From Thermodesulfovibrionales bacterium (GTDB lineage: Bacteria > Nitrospirota > Thermodesulfovibrionia > Thermodesulfovibrionales > SM23-35): DNA of 64,000 nucleotides. Positions 10,184 through 20,318 of the stretch are shown here, piece after piece. Each line of letters starts with the position of its first letter. The first letter of the stretch is position 1. The stretch spans positions 192,001 to 256,000 of the forward strand of contig CAVQRT010000007.1 in the NCBI GenBank assembly GCA_963715195.1, read 5' to 3'. A program made the translations under genes and the position numbers. Under the pieces are notes generated by a model. The model worked only from the letters and a program-made list of their open reading frames with translations. It searched no databases and was not told where the DNA came from.

Positions 10184-10945
10184 ATGAACATTCTCATAGG
10201 ACAAAAATTGGAAGATATAAGCATTGAAGCGGCCCGGTTGTTCATGAGCCTCTCAAGAAGGTACATCCGTTCATCGGGAAGATTTGTTACCGCCCTCTCA
10301 GGCGGAAGAACTCCGGAAAGATTATATGAAATACTTGCTTCAGACTACTATCAGAAAGGGATAGCGTGGAGTAAGGTCCACATTTTCTGGGTTGACGAAC
10401 GGTTTGTGGCTTCTGATCATCCTGACAGCAATTTCCGTCTCGTACAGGAAACTCTGTTGCAGAGCATCACCCTGCCCCAACACAACATACATCCAATCAG
10501 GACTCAGGGGGCAACAGCTTCCGTATCCGCAAAAAAATATGAAGCAGACGTCAAAGACTTCTTCAAAATCACTAAAAAGGATGTATTCCCCCGGTTTGAT
10601 CTCATCATACTCGGAATCGGAGAGGATGGCCATACGGCATCCCTGTTTCCGGGCAGCAAAAAGCTGGGCGACAGGGAACACCTCGCTGTTGCAGTACAAA
10701 ACCGGAAAACACAGCATCCGCGCATTACCCTGACGTTACCGGTTCTGAACAGCGCGCGGCATATCCTTTTTTTGGTTAGCGGAAAGAGCAAGGCACCGGT
10801 CATCAAAAAAGTGATTATACAGCGGGATGGGACGATTCCCGCGTCCCTTGTGAATCCATATGACGGGAAGTGTCATTATTTTTTCGATCAAGATGCAGGC
10901 AGTTGTCTTCTGAAAACGGGGGTGAAAAAACATGCCACACGCTGA
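10184..10945 (+). CDS. pgl: 6-phosphogluconolactonase
   Basis: LSGGRTP, DERFV..DHPDSN, GEDGHTASLFP and RITLT motifs. Confidence 0.95.
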   Translation: MNILIGQKLEDISIEAARLFMSLSRRYIRSSGRFVTALSGGRTPERLYEILASDYYQKGIAWSKVHIFWVDERFVASDHPDSNFRLVQETLLQSITLPQHNIHPIRTQGATASVSAKKYEADVKDFFKITKKDVFPRFDLIILGIGEDGHTASLFPGSKKLGDREHLAVAVQNRKTQHPRITLTLPVLNSARHILFLVSGKSKAPVIKKVIIQRDGTIPASLVNPYDGKCHYFFDQDAGSCLLKTGVKKHATR

Positions 10946-11375
10946 ATCAGCAAGTACTATTTTCAAGTATGTAAAATACGCACACGGTCTTTTCAATGCC
11001 CTGGTTATTCTGCTTTTCCTCTATCAGGGATGGCTCGGCCTGAAGATCAGACAAAGCAGGGCAGCCGGAAATCCTCCTGATCTCCTGTTCGTTAAAAAGC
11101 ACAGGAAGTTCGGCCCTGCTCTGGCTGTCATGGGAATCTTCGGGTTTTTAGGAGGAATCAGTACGGTTTATCTGGATGAAGGAGCATTTTTTGAACACCC
11201 GTTGCATTTCATGACGGGATCAACCATTAGCGCTCTCATCATACTGACCTTTGTAGTTTCACGGAAAATACGGGGAAGAGAATCTGGATGGAGAACTATC
11301 CATTATGTCATCGGTATTGCAATCCTCACCCTTTATTTGTTTCAGGCTTATTTGGGCGTGAGAATGCTTTTTTGA
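10932..11375 (+). CDS. DUF4079-like 4-TM membrane protein (possible heme b ligand histidines)
   Basis: Four hydrophobic helices, each with a His (AHG, HRK.G, LHF, IHY). Confidence 0.7.
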   Translation: MPHAESASTIFKYVKYAHGLFNALVILLFLYQGWLGLKIRQSRAAGNPPDLLFVKKHRKFGPALAVMGIFGFLGGISTVYLDEGAFFEHPLHFMTGSTISALIILTFVVSRKIRGRESGWRTIHYVIGIAILTLYLFQAYLGVRMLF

Positions 11376-11809
11376 ACAACATCTGCCTTTTCCGAGGCAT
11401 TCTTCAGATCTTTTAGAAACGTCGTTGTAAGATCCTTCATTCGCTTTTCTGGAAGGAGAAAACCTCCAACGCTGCTCAGTACTCCTGAAAATGTTTCCTT
11501 GCTGGTAACGACGATACTACTTTCATGTTCTTGAAAGAAAAACTCATGGAAGGCGAATAGACCCTTTTTCTGTGCAGACCAGATGACCCGTTCAAACGGC
11601 ACAATATCATGAATTTTAATGTTGACCTTAATCGGAAATATGAACGGCCGGAAGCAGCACCTGATGTCCTTCCCATTCAACAGGCATTTGTCATCACAGA
11701 CGATCTCGCTCATAACGGTATTCCACTCAGTCCACCGGGTCAGGTCGGTGAATGTCTGCCAGACCTTCTCCATCGGTGCATTGATTTTTATGGATTCTTT
11801 AATGATCAT
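11348..11809 (-). CDS. SRPBCC/START-like (polyketide cyclase) family protein
   Basis: I.INAP.EKVW..FTDL..W.EWN and ETFSG patterns. Confidence 0.8.
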   Translation of the reverse strand: MIIKESIKINAPMEKVWQTFTDLTRWTEWNTVMSEIVCDDKCLLNGKDIRCCFRPFIFPIKVNIKIHDIVPFERVIWSAQKKGLFAFHEFFFQEHESSIVVTSKETFSGVLSSVGGFLLPEKRMKDLTTTFLKDLKNASEKADVVQKSILTPK

Positions 11810-11952
11810 CTGAGATATATGATGTTCATTAGTAATCAATATTATCATATTTGTCCTCAGTCCTGTGAGCCATTATTTGATTTGGAGTAAAGGTTATGAG
11901 AAGAAGATTTTCGCTTGCAAGCACGGGAGATTCGGCATACAATATGGAGGTT

Positions 11953-12900
11953 ATGGAGAAAATCACAATCGGCATCAGTTCCTGTCTCCTGGGCAATACT
12001 GTCCGGTACGACGGGGGTCACAAGTGGGACCGCTACGTAACCGACACGCTCGGCGTGTATTTCGAATGGGTGCCGGTTTGTCCCGAAGTCGAGTACGGTC
12101 TTCCGATTCCGAGAGAATCATTGCGTCTAATCGGTGACCCGGCCTCTCCCCGTCTCGTTACCACAAGAACCGGTGTTGATCATACCGACGGCATGCTCAG
12201 ATGGGCGGACAAGAAGTTGAAAGACCTCGAACAGGAAGACCTCTGCGGATTTATTTTCAAGAGCAGGTCACCAAGTTCTGGCATCACCGGTATTAAAGTC
12301 TACACTTCTTCAGGAATGCCGAGCCACAGGGGAACCGGTATTTTCGGCGGGGCATTCATGCGTTATTTCCCACTTATACCGGTCATTGACGACGGTAGGC
12401 TTCATGACCCCCAATTGAGGGAAAATTTTATCGAGAGAGTATTTGTTTACCAACGATGGAAAGATTTTCTCAAAGGCAACCCATCGGTAAAAGACCTGAT
12501 CGCATTTCATGCGGAACACAAATTGCTGATTCTCTCTCACAGCCCCAAGCACCTTAGCGCTCTCGGCAAACTTGTTGCCGGGGCGAAAAAATATGACCGG
12601 AAAGAGCTCTTTGCAACCTATATTCAACTCCTGATGGAATGCCTCCAGCTTATCGGCACCGTCAAAAAGAACACGAATGTGCTCCTGCATATTGCAGGCT
12701 ACTTTAAACAGTCCCTGCCAGCCGACGACAAACAGGAATTGCTCGGGATCATCGAGCAGTACCACAGGAAATACGTTCCCCTGATTGTTCCCATTGTCAT
12801 TATGAACCATTACGTAAGGAAATTTGATGAACCGTATCTGCACAAGCAGTACTATCTCCATCCGCATCCGCTCGAACTGATGCTCAGAAACCATGTCTGA
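11953..12900 (+). CDS. DUF523 (2-thiouracil desulfurase-like) plus DUF1722 (YbgA) protein
   Basis: GISSCLLG..VRYDGGH, VCPEVE.GL..PRE, SPSSG, C-terminal HPHPLELMLRNHV. Confidence 0.88.
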   Translation: MEKITIGISSCLLGNTVRYDGGHKWDRYVTDTLGVYFEWVPVCPEVEYGLPIPRESLRLIGDPASPRLVTTRTGVDHTDGMLRWADKKLKDLEQEDLCGFIFKSRSPSSGITGIKVYTSSGMPSHRGTGIFGGAFMRYFPLIPVIDDGRLHDPQLRENFIERVFVYQRWKDFLKGNPSVKDLIAFHAEHKLLILSHSPKHLSALGKLVAGAKKYDRKELFATYIQLLMECLQLIGTVKKNTNVLLHIAGYFKQSLPADDKQELLGIIEQYHRKYVPLIVPIVIMNHYVRKFDEPYLHKQYYLHPHPLELMLRNHV

Positions 12901-12984
12901 GCGGGATTTGACATCGCAACTGTTTTATGTTTCTATAGCCCTCGCATATGATGGGTAAATCAATTTCTTAAAGGAGGATGTTTC

Positions 12985-13872
12985 ATGCGTAAAATTTTGT
13001 TGATTCTGGGAAGTCTCTTCCTGACGGTGCTGTTCATGCAGGCGAATGTTTTTGCTGAGGATGAAGCGGTTGTCGCAAAGATCGGCGACAAGAAAATAAC
13101 CACGAAGGATTTCAAGAGGATTACCGACTATTTCGACCTTGAGCGGCAGAAAATGCTCGAGACAAACCCCCAACTGAAAGAGACTGTTCTGAAGCAATTC
13201 ATCCAGAGCATTGTGATATCGGATCTGGCAAAACAGAAGGGATTTGACAAGAACCCCGAAATCAGGGAACAACTTCAGTTTTTCTCGGACAACTTTCTCG
13301 CGAATGAATATCTGAAGCGCGAGATAGCCGAAAAGATAACGGTTTCTGATGATGAACTGAAATCCTATTATGATACCCATACCGATGAATTCAAAGCCCC
13401 GGAGATGATCAAAGCACGGCATATTCTTGTGAAGGTTGAGGACACTGCTTCCGAGGATGAAAAGAAAAAGGGAAAAGAAAAGGCCGAAATGTATCTGAAG
13501 AAGATCAAGGAAGGCGAGGATTTTGCCAAACTGGCGTCGGAAGTCTCTGATGACCCCGGCTCAAAAGCAAAAGGCGGAGACCTCGGTTTTTTCCCGAAGG
13601 GAAGAATGGTTAAGCCGTTTGAGGATGCTGCGTTTTCTCTTAAACCAGGAGAGGTGAGTGGATTGGTAGAAACCCAGTTTGGTTTTCATATCATAAAAGT
13701 TGAGGAGAAAAAGGACTCGACGGTAGAGACATTCGATGCGGTGAAAGACCGCTTACGGCAGAAACTGCTACAGGACCGCATGAGAAAGGAAGTTACGGAA
13801 TTTATTGACAAGGCAATGCAGGACTCAAAAGCAGAGATATTCCCTGATGTTTTGATGGGCGGTAATAAGTAA
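12985..13872 (+). CDS. Exported PpiC/parvulin-type peptidyl-prolyl isomerase
   Basis: Signal peptide; ARHILV, S.D.GS..KGGDLG.F, MVKPFE.AAF, TQFGFHII. Confidence 0.92.
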   Translation: MRKILLILGSLFLTVLFMQANVFAEDEAVVAKIGDKKITTKDFKRITDYFDLERQKMLETNPQLKETVLKQFIQSIVISDLAKQKGFDKNPEIREQLQFFSDNFLANEYLKREIAEKITVSDDELKSYYDTHTDEFKAPEMIKARHILVKVEDTASEDEKKKGKEKAEMYLKKIKEGEDFAKLASEVSDDPGSKAKGGDLGFFPKGRMVKPFEDAAFSLKPGEVSGLVETQFGFHIIKVEEKKDSTVETFDAVKDRLRQKLLQDRMRKEVTEFIDKAMQDSKAEIFPDVLMGGNK

Positions 13873-13898
13873 GTCTTTTTTCCCCCCGACTATATCTG

Positions 13899-13930
13899 AC
13901 AAGGAACCCTGATAAACCAGGGTTCCTTGT
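13899..13930. terminator. Hairpin between convergent genes, probable bidirectional terminator
   Basis: ACAAGGAACCCTG-ATAAAC-CAGGGTTCCTTGT, perfect 13-bp stem. Confidence 0.8.
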
Positions 13931-13964
13931 TTCCTTCCCCTGTCTACTACTTACTGTTTAAAGT

Positions 13965-15119
13965 CTACCTCTTGGCTGCCTCTTTAATCAGTGCCTGACC
14001 GATGACGTTTCTCTGAATCTGATTCGTCCCTTCATATATCTGGAGGATCTTTGCATCTCGCATCATCTTCTCGACAGGATATTCCCTCATGTATCCCGAT
14101 CCCCCCATAACCTGCACCGCGTTCGTTGTGACTTTCATTGCCATGTCTGTTGCAAAAACCTTTGCCATGGCTGCTACCTTCGAGGCATCTTTGGCACCGC
14201 TGTCCATATACCTCGCGACGGCATATACAAGTGCACGTGATGCCTCTATCTCTGTTGCCATGTCGGCAAGCATATGCTGGATTGCCTGGAAACTGATAAT
14301 AGGATGACCAAACTGTACACGCTGGCGGGCGAACTTCACTGCTTCCTCGAACGCACCCTGCGCTATCCCCACTCCCTGGGCACCTACCCCAACCCGGGCA
14401 TTGTCGAGCGTCTTCATGGCCACTATAAAACCCAGTCCTTCCTTCCCGATAATATTCTCTTTGGGTATCCTGCAGTTGTCGAAGATCAGTTCCCGTGTAG
14501 AAGATGCCCGTATACCCATCTTTCGCTCCTTCTTTCCGAACAGGAAGCCGGGGGTATCCTTTTCGATAACGAATGCAGATGCACCACGTGCGCCTTTTGA
14601 TTTATCCGTCAGGGCGATGATCGTGTAAATTTCCGCCTCTCCTCCATTCGTTATCCATTGTTTTGTGCCGTTGAGAACATATTCGCTGCCTTCGAGCCGG
14701 GCAGTCGTCTGAATTCCTCCGGCATCGCTTCCGGCATTCGGCTCGGTCAAACCAAATGCAACAAGCCGCTTGCCGAGGGCTATCTCGGGCATATATTTCT
14801 TTTTCTGATCATCTGAGCCGAAGAGCAGTATCGGATACGTGCCGAGCGCATTTGCCGCATAGGTTGTTGCAACCCCAAGGCATGCGCGGGAGAGCTCTTC
14901 AACGGCGACGCATAATTCAAGGTTTCCCTTTCCGAGTCCTCCGTATTCCTCGGGAATAAACAGCCCAAAAAGATCAGCCTGTGCGAGAACATTCATGATC
15001 TCCCATGGAAACTCCTCTTTATCATCCAGTTCTTCCCTCACAGGGACGACTTTTTCCTCGGCGATCTGTCTCGCAAGATCTCTTATCATGACCTGGTCTT
15101 CATTTAAAAAATAGTCCAT
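13965..15119 (-). CDS. Acyl-CoA dehydrogenase (butyryl-CoA dehydrogenase-like)
   Basis: FGLTEPNAGSD, GTKQWITNG, RVQFG and IYEGTNQIQR motifs. Confidence 0.95.
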   Translation of the reverse strand: MDYFLNEDQVMIRDLARQIAEEKVVPVREELDDKEEFPWEIMNVLAQADLFGLFIPEEYGGLGKGNLELCVAVEELSRACLGVATTYAANALGTYPILLFGSDDQKKKYMPEIALGKRLVAFGLTEPNAGSDAGGIQTTARLEGSEYVLNGTKQWITNGGEAEIYTIIALTDKSKGARGASAFVIEKDTPGFLFGKKERKMGIRASSTRELIFDNCRIPKENIIGKEGLGFIVAMKTLDNARVGVGAQGVGIAQGAFEEAVKFARQRVQFGHPIISFQAIQHMLADMATEIEASRALVYAVARYMDSGAKDASKVAAMAKVFATDMAMKVTTNAVQVMGGSGYMREYPVEKMMRDAKILQIYEGTNQIQRNVIGQALIKEAAKR

Positions 15120-15260
15120 GCTTCATCCTCCACAGTAGGGTTGTGCTTCTGGAAGTTAATTCTAACATTAACAAAATGTCTTTTGATATACGAAATTATC
15201 CGACACAGCACGTTTTCAAAAAAAGAATATTTTGCAAAGCAATGGATAAGGAGGCTGGGA

Positions 15261-15647
15261 TTACAAAAAGCTCAGTGTACCGTCAAGGATCTTTAATCCT
15301 GTTAAGGCGGAAGTAACTTCACGATTATTGGAAACCCACATGACCTGTGCCTTGAGACTGACATCGTTGATGTTGATATCAACCGTATCAGCAAGAGGAA
15401 GAGACGGGCTGCCGAATATTTTCAGGCAGATTCCGTTATCAGAGACATCCATGGTGCATGCCTGAATGTTTTGGTTCTGATAGGTGAATAGCAAGGGGAT
15501 TTCTTTCTTCACGCGGGACTGTCCTCTTTTCTCCGGACCGTACTTGCCGCTGAAAAGAACTCCGCAATACGGACATGGCTTGAACTTCTCCACAGAAGCA
15601 CTGTAGGAATCTTTACTACACTTTGGACATGTCAACCGTAAGATCAC
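15261..15647 (-). CDS. Zinc-ribbon plus PilZ domain protein
   Basis: CPKC...CPYC, then RGQSR (RxxxR) and DVSDNG (DxSxxG); GTG start with GGAG SD. Confidence 0.8.
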   Translation of the reverse strand: MILRLTCPKCSKDSYSASVEKFKPCPYCGVLFSGKYGPEKRGQSRVKKEIPLLFTYQNQNIQACTMDVSDNGICLKIFGSPSLPLADTVDININDVSLKAQVMWVSNNREVTSALTGLKILDGTLSFL

Positions 15648-15812
15648 ACAAGGTCTCCTGCAGAGAATTCATTTGAAAGGACCGCTTACAGAATCATCGT
15701 CTCCTCGCCCATAACACTTTTACACGAAACAGAGAGATTTTACAATTACCCATAAGGCTGACATTTCAGACTATTTAGTTTGAAAGGAAGGGGAAACTTT
15801 CGTTTTAATACC

Positions 15813-16436
15813 TCAAATATGGCCGGGCCAGATCTTGTGTGTATAAAGAGCGAGCTGCAGCCTGTCCGAGACTCCAACTTTTTTAAAAATACGGTTGCAA
15901 TGTGATTTCACCGTCTGCTCAGTGATGGAAAGCTTCTGGGCTATTTCTTTGTTCCTGTACCCGTGACATATGAGCGACACGATCTCTTTCTCTTTTCTGG
16001 TAAGATCAATCCTACGGTCGACATGGGTCATATTGTAGAGAACGTCCTTGACCAGTTTGCGGTCAAGCCACAACTCCCCGGCATAAACCACTTTGACCGC
16101 TTTCCTGAGCACTCTGGAATCGGCATCCGGCGCGAGGATTCCGAAAACCCCCCTCATCAGCAATTCGGGAATCTGCCGCTCCGATTCAGAAAGCCACGAC
16201 CTGTCACTGATGAGCAGGATCTTCGACCCGCTGTCATTCGGGAAATCATCGGGGAAGGACCGGAATATCTTGAAATCTGCAAGGATAATATCAGGACTGA
16301 GTTTCAGAATCTCATCCACATCTGTACCTTCATCGAAGATGCCGATGATGTCAATTCCGTCGTCTTCCCTGAAGAGTTTCTTGATGCCTTCACCGAGAAG
16401 GTAACTGTGGCAGCCTATCGCTAAGCGTATGGTCAT
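15813..16436 (-). CDS. LuxR/NarL-family regulator with degenerate receiver domain
   Basis: C-terminal LT.KE.EI..LI..G..NKEIA..L.I.E.TVK.H HTH; REC-like N-terminus. Confidence 0.9.
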   Translation of the reverse strand: MTIRLAIGCHSYLLGEGIKKLFREDDGIDIIGIFDEGTDVDEILKLSPDIILADFKIFRSFPDDFPNDSGSKILLISDRSWLSESERQIPELLMRGVFGILAPDADSRVLRKAVKVVYAGELWLDRKLVKDVLYNMTHVDRRIDLTRKEKEIVSLICHGYRNKEIAQKLSITEQTVKSHCNRIFKKVGVSDRLQLALYTHKIWPGHI

Positions 16437-16439
16437 CCT

Positions 16440-16811
16440 TTATTCCTCAAAATAAGTCGCAGATGCAGACTCGGATTCCCAGACCGTTACACCGGAAAGG
16501 CTTACGGTTTCCTCTGGCAGTTTCTTTTTCAGGGAATCAAAGATCCACTTCGCAATATTTTCCGACGAAGGGTTTTTTTCGGTAAACGGGAAGATATCGT
16601 TCAAAAAACCGTGATCGAGTGGTTCAAGAACCTCGTCGGTAAGTTTTTTCAGATCATGGAAATCCATGGCAAGATCAATATCATTCAGCTTCTCTGCGAG
16701 GACATAGACCTGCACTTTCCAGTTATGCCCGTGAAGTTTTTCGCAGCGGCCCTGATACCCGCGCAACTGATGAGCTGCGGAGATATATGTCTCGATCATC
16801 AGTTCAAACAT
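16440..16811 (-). CDS. queD: 6-carboxy-5,6,7,8-tetrahydropterin synthase
   Basis: SAAH, C..LHGHNW, NPSSENIA and VWES motifs. Confidence 0.95.
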   Translation of the reverse strand: MFELMIETYISAAHQLRGYQGRCEKLHGHNWKVQVYVLAEKLNDIDLAMDFHDLKKLTDEVLEPLDHGFLNDIFPFTEKNPSSENIAKWIFDSLKKKLPEETVSLSGVTVWESESASATYFEE

Positions 16812-16820
16812 CTTCGGTAT

Positions 16821-17342
16821 TCAGGCCTTCTTTCTGAAAATCGATATGTAGGGCAGATTCCGGTAGTTATTGTCGTAGTCCAGACCATATCCGACGACGT
16901 AATGATTGGGGATGACATACCCGACATAATCCAGGGGGACATCGACTTCCCGGCGCTCCTTTTTGTCGAGAAATGTACAGATCTTCAGACTGAGAGGACC
17001 ACGGGAAAGGACCCTTTCCCGGATCTGATTGAGGGTGATCCCGGTATCCACGATATCATCGATGAGCAGAACATCCTTGTCAGACACATCTTCGCGTATA
17101 TCGTAATGAATCTTCACTTCACCCGATGTTTCAGACTTCACATAACTTGAGGCGAGAATAAAGTCAAGGGTAAGGGGGACTTCAATTGAGCGAACGATAT
17201 CTGAAAAAAACATGAACGATCCTTTCAAAATCCCCACCGCAAGCATTTTTTTCCCAGCGTAGTCTCTTGAGATCTCTAATGCCAGTTCCTTGACCTTTGC
17301 CTGTATCTGGCTGGTCGTCAGAAAGGGTTTCCCGATAATCAT
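16821..17342 (-). CDS. hpt: Hypoxanthine phosphoribosyltransferase
   Basis: ILKGS, LIDDIVDTGITL and VVGYGLDY..YRNLPYI motifs. Confidence 0.95.
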   Translation of the reverse strand: MIIGKPFLTTSQIQAKVKELALEISRDYAGKKMLAVGILKGSFMFFSDIVRSIEVPLTLDFILASSYVKSETSGEVKIHYDIREDVSDKDVLLIDDIVDTGITLNQIRERVLSRGPLSLKICTFLDKKERREVDVPLDYVGYVIPNHYVVGYGLDYDNNYRNLPYISIFRKKA

Positions 17343-17502
17343 GTCTGCTCCTTAAGGGTTTAAAATTGAAGGCTTACCGCAACAATGCTATGTACTATTA
17401 AATATAATTTTCTCCAAAAGCGCAAGTGATATCTGTGTTGCAGCCGCGTTCTCATGGAGTTCTCTCCGCAGGGATGAAGGTTCACGGACATGATGGTATA
17501 AT

Positions 17503-20316
17503 ATGAACTACTATCCTATGCCGGTTAAAGTCCTCCATACCCCCTTTGAGTACAAGAGTTCGACAAGAGAACTCTTCAACGAGGCATTAGAAAAAAAGCA
17601 CGGTCCGGACTACTCAAAAATACTCTACATTGCACCTGCCTCCTGGAAAATTCATGAAGCGCAACGGGTGTTCCATGCTGTTACAGGAGATTGTTACATA
17701 CCTCCCGTCATGATGACGCTGCCACAGTTTTCAAAGAGGCTATTCTCGCTCTATGAAAACAGAAAAATCGTCCCGCAGGCACTTGCGCCGGTGATACTGT
17801 CAAAACAGTTTCATAAAAGTCTCGGCTATTCATGTTTGATTGCCGACTTTGTACACGAGATGAAGCAGCACTATCCGACAAAGAATGTGGCAGCCATCAC
17901 CAGCGGCGTCAAGTCTCTGTTCGATCGTCGCGGAATACCTGAGGAAGTCTCATCAAGAACCATGGAAGCACTGACAATTATGGATCGCTATACGAATTTA
18001 CTTGAAAACTACACCGCTGCAGATGAGAACGACGCTATGGCAATGTGTCCGGGGATCATTCGCAGACAGAACATCAAATATGACTGTCTGATCATCGAAG
18101 GATTCATGGAACTGACCCCCTCAGAAGAGGCCGTTATGAAGGCGTTGATTGAGAACGCTGATGACACCGTTATCTCCATTCCATATAATCCTGATTATAA
18201 ATATATATCAAATAGTTATATTAATTCATTAAATAATAACTTTATAGTTAATACGGTTTATCTTGAGCATGAAAAGCGTCACATCAGCCTCGCTCATTAC
18301 CCCTATCCAAGTGTGGAAGATGAGATTGAAGGTATCGCGCGGAGCATCAAAAACCTGTTCATCGCGGGAACGGCAACCGATCTGGAAGAGGTTTATGTTG
18401 TCTTTCCCGAACTTCATGCCCGCTCAGACATGATCTCACGCGTTCTCAAAAAGTATGGCATCCCGTTCACTCTCACGTCAGGGAAGCCTTTAGCCTGCAC
18501 AAAACCGTACCTCGATCTTTTGGCATTGCTTGATTCGGTATCAAATGATTACCCGAGACTTCAGTTTTCTCAATTTCTTATATCACCTTATTTCAAGGCG
18601 CTCCCCTACTCTTTCAGGGAATATATTCCCTCTCTCTGCATTTCGTCCGGTTTTACAAAAGGAAGGACTGAATGGTTGAACCTTGTAAAACCAAGCCGGA
18701 ATGATTCGCGCAGGGAGTTCATCAGCAGCACAGCATCTCAAACCCTCGAAAAAGATCTTTCATGGGTTTTCAAAAAACTGACTCGCCTTGAATCCATATG
18801 CCGTAACTCAACCTTCAGCGACTACAGCGAAGCTGTCGTGAAGCTCCTGAATGATTTCGATTTCGACGACAACGGAAATCAGCCTTCTAATAACAAAAAT
18901 AAGATCATCGAGATAGTCAACGAACTCTCCCTTGCCGACAGATTTTTCAATCATGCACCAACAGATTTTCACAGCTTCACCGAAGCCCTGAAACACTGTC
19001 TTCTGAATTCACCGATGCCGGAACCCGAAACCACCGGTGTCCGCATTCTGCGTTTTACGGATGCATACGGACTGGAACCTAAACATCTGTACTTCGGGGG
19101 TTTGAGAGACGGTGATTTCCCGTCCAAGCCGGATATTGACCACCTCATGCCTGACAGTGCCAGGAAAGAGCTCGGCCTTGTCAATATGGAGAAATACCTT
19201 TTTCTCCAGAAATTTCAGTTCAGAAGGTTACTGTCATCCGCAAAGAATTATTATCTCAGCTATTCGGTCACAGAAGGAGATAGGCTTTTTCTGCCGTCAT
19301 CATTTCTGTCATGGAATGAAGGGATTACCAGAACGGTATACGGAATATTTTCGAAGGAAGAAGAGCTTATCCGGAAGAGCATCGCACTTCGTTCTTCGAT
19401 CATATCAGATATTCACACAACCGGTAAAAGAATTATCCGGAAAATGTTCGGAGAAGAATCTTCCATCCGGGTGACCGATATCGACGCGTACAGAACATGC
19501 GCGAGAAAGTTCTTCATCGAACGGGTCCTTTCCCTGAAACCGCTGGAGATCATACAGTTCGAGATAGAAGCATTAACACTTGGCACGATTGTCCATGAAA
19601 TCATGCAGGAACTGCTCTCGGAGCCATTTACAGATCTCAGTGCCCTTATTCTGAATGCCGGCAGGAAAATAGATGCTCTTCTGTCCCGGAAACCTCTCGA
19701 AGAATACTGGAAGAGAGTCTTGAAAGATACGTTCCTATCGATCCTTCCGGATATCTATGCAATCGAACAAAAGATAGCAGATGACGGATTTGTCTTCATG
19801 GGGGCCGAAGTGCCTGTAACAGGAGAGCTATTGGAGGGTATTACACTGAAAGGGAAGATCGACCGGATAGACAAGAAACTTGACCATGGAGACGTACCAT
19901 TAAACAGTGTATCAAAAAACTTATCAATCTCTTCATCGCCCGGTTCAGCCCTTTTCGAACTGATCGATTACAAGACCGGTGCAACCCAATTCAGCGGTTC
20001 GCAAATACTGTCACAGGGAGCAAACCTTCAACTATTGCTCTATGCCGCTTTGATGAAATTAAAGGGCATGCCTGTCGGGCGCGTGGGAATCTATTCTCTG
20101 AAAGACCTCTCCCTCACGTGGATCCCGAACAGAAAAGACAGAAAAGACGGCCGCACCCTTGAAGACTATATATCGGTATGCCTCCGGTTTCTCAAAGAAA
20201 CGGTTTGGGGGATGCGGAACGGGGAATTCCCGGCGCGTCCCCTGAATGACCAGACATGCAGGAATTGTCATGAAAGGCCTTATTGTCCATATATACAGAA
20301 AGCAGCTTTTTGTTAG
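17503..20316 (+). CDS. addB: AddB-like inactive helicase with C-terminal PD-(D/E)XK nuclease and Fe-S cysteines
   Basis: Y..C..KFF, G..VH, LKGKIDRID, IDYKTG, QL..YA, CRNC....YCP; start may be 17518. Confidence 0.85.
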   Translation: MNYYPMPVKVLHTPFEYKSSTRELFNEALEKKHGPDYSKILYIAPASWKIHEAQRVFHAVTGDCYIPPVMMTLPQFSKRLFSLYENRKIVPQALAPVILSKQFHKSLGYSCLIADFVHEMKQHYPTKNVAAITSGVKSLFDRRGIPEEVSSRTMEALTIMDRYTNLLENYTAADENDAMAMCPGIIRRQNIKYDCLIIEGFMELTPSEEAVMKALIENADDTVISIPYNPDYKYISNSYINSLNNNFIVNTVYLEHEKRHISLAHYPYPSVEDEIEGIARSIKNLFIAGTATDLEEVYVVFPELHARSDMISRVLKKYGIPFTLTSGKPLACTKPYLDLLALLDSVSNDYPRLQFSQFLISPYFKALPYSFREYIPSLCISSGFTKGRTEWLNLVKPSRNDSRREFISSTASQTLEKDLSWVFKKLTRLESICRNSTFSDYSEAVVKLLNDFDFDDNGNQPSNNKNKIIEIVNELSLADRFFNHAPTDFHSFTEALKHCLLNSPMPEPETTGVRILRFTDAYGLEPKHLYFGGLRDGDFPSKPDIDHLMPDSARKELGLVNMEKYLFLQKFQFRRLLSSAKNYYLSYSVTEGDRLFLPSSFLSWNEGITRTVYGIFSKEEELIRKSIALRSSIISDIHTTGKRIIRKMFGEESSIRVTDIDAYRTCARKFFIERVLSLKPLEIIQFEIEALTLGTIVHEIMQELLSEPFTDLSALILNAGRKIDALLSRKPLEEYWKRVLKDTFLSILPDIYAIEQKIADDGFVFMGAEVPVTGELLEGITLKGKIDRIDKKLDHGDVPLNSVSKNLSISSSPGSALFELIDYKTGATQFSGSQILSQGANLQLLLYAALMKLKGMPVGRVGIYSLKDLSLTWIPNRKDRKDGRTLEDYISVCLRFLKETVWGMRNGEFPARPLNDQTCRNCHERPYCPYIQKAAFC

Positions 20317-20318
20317 CA

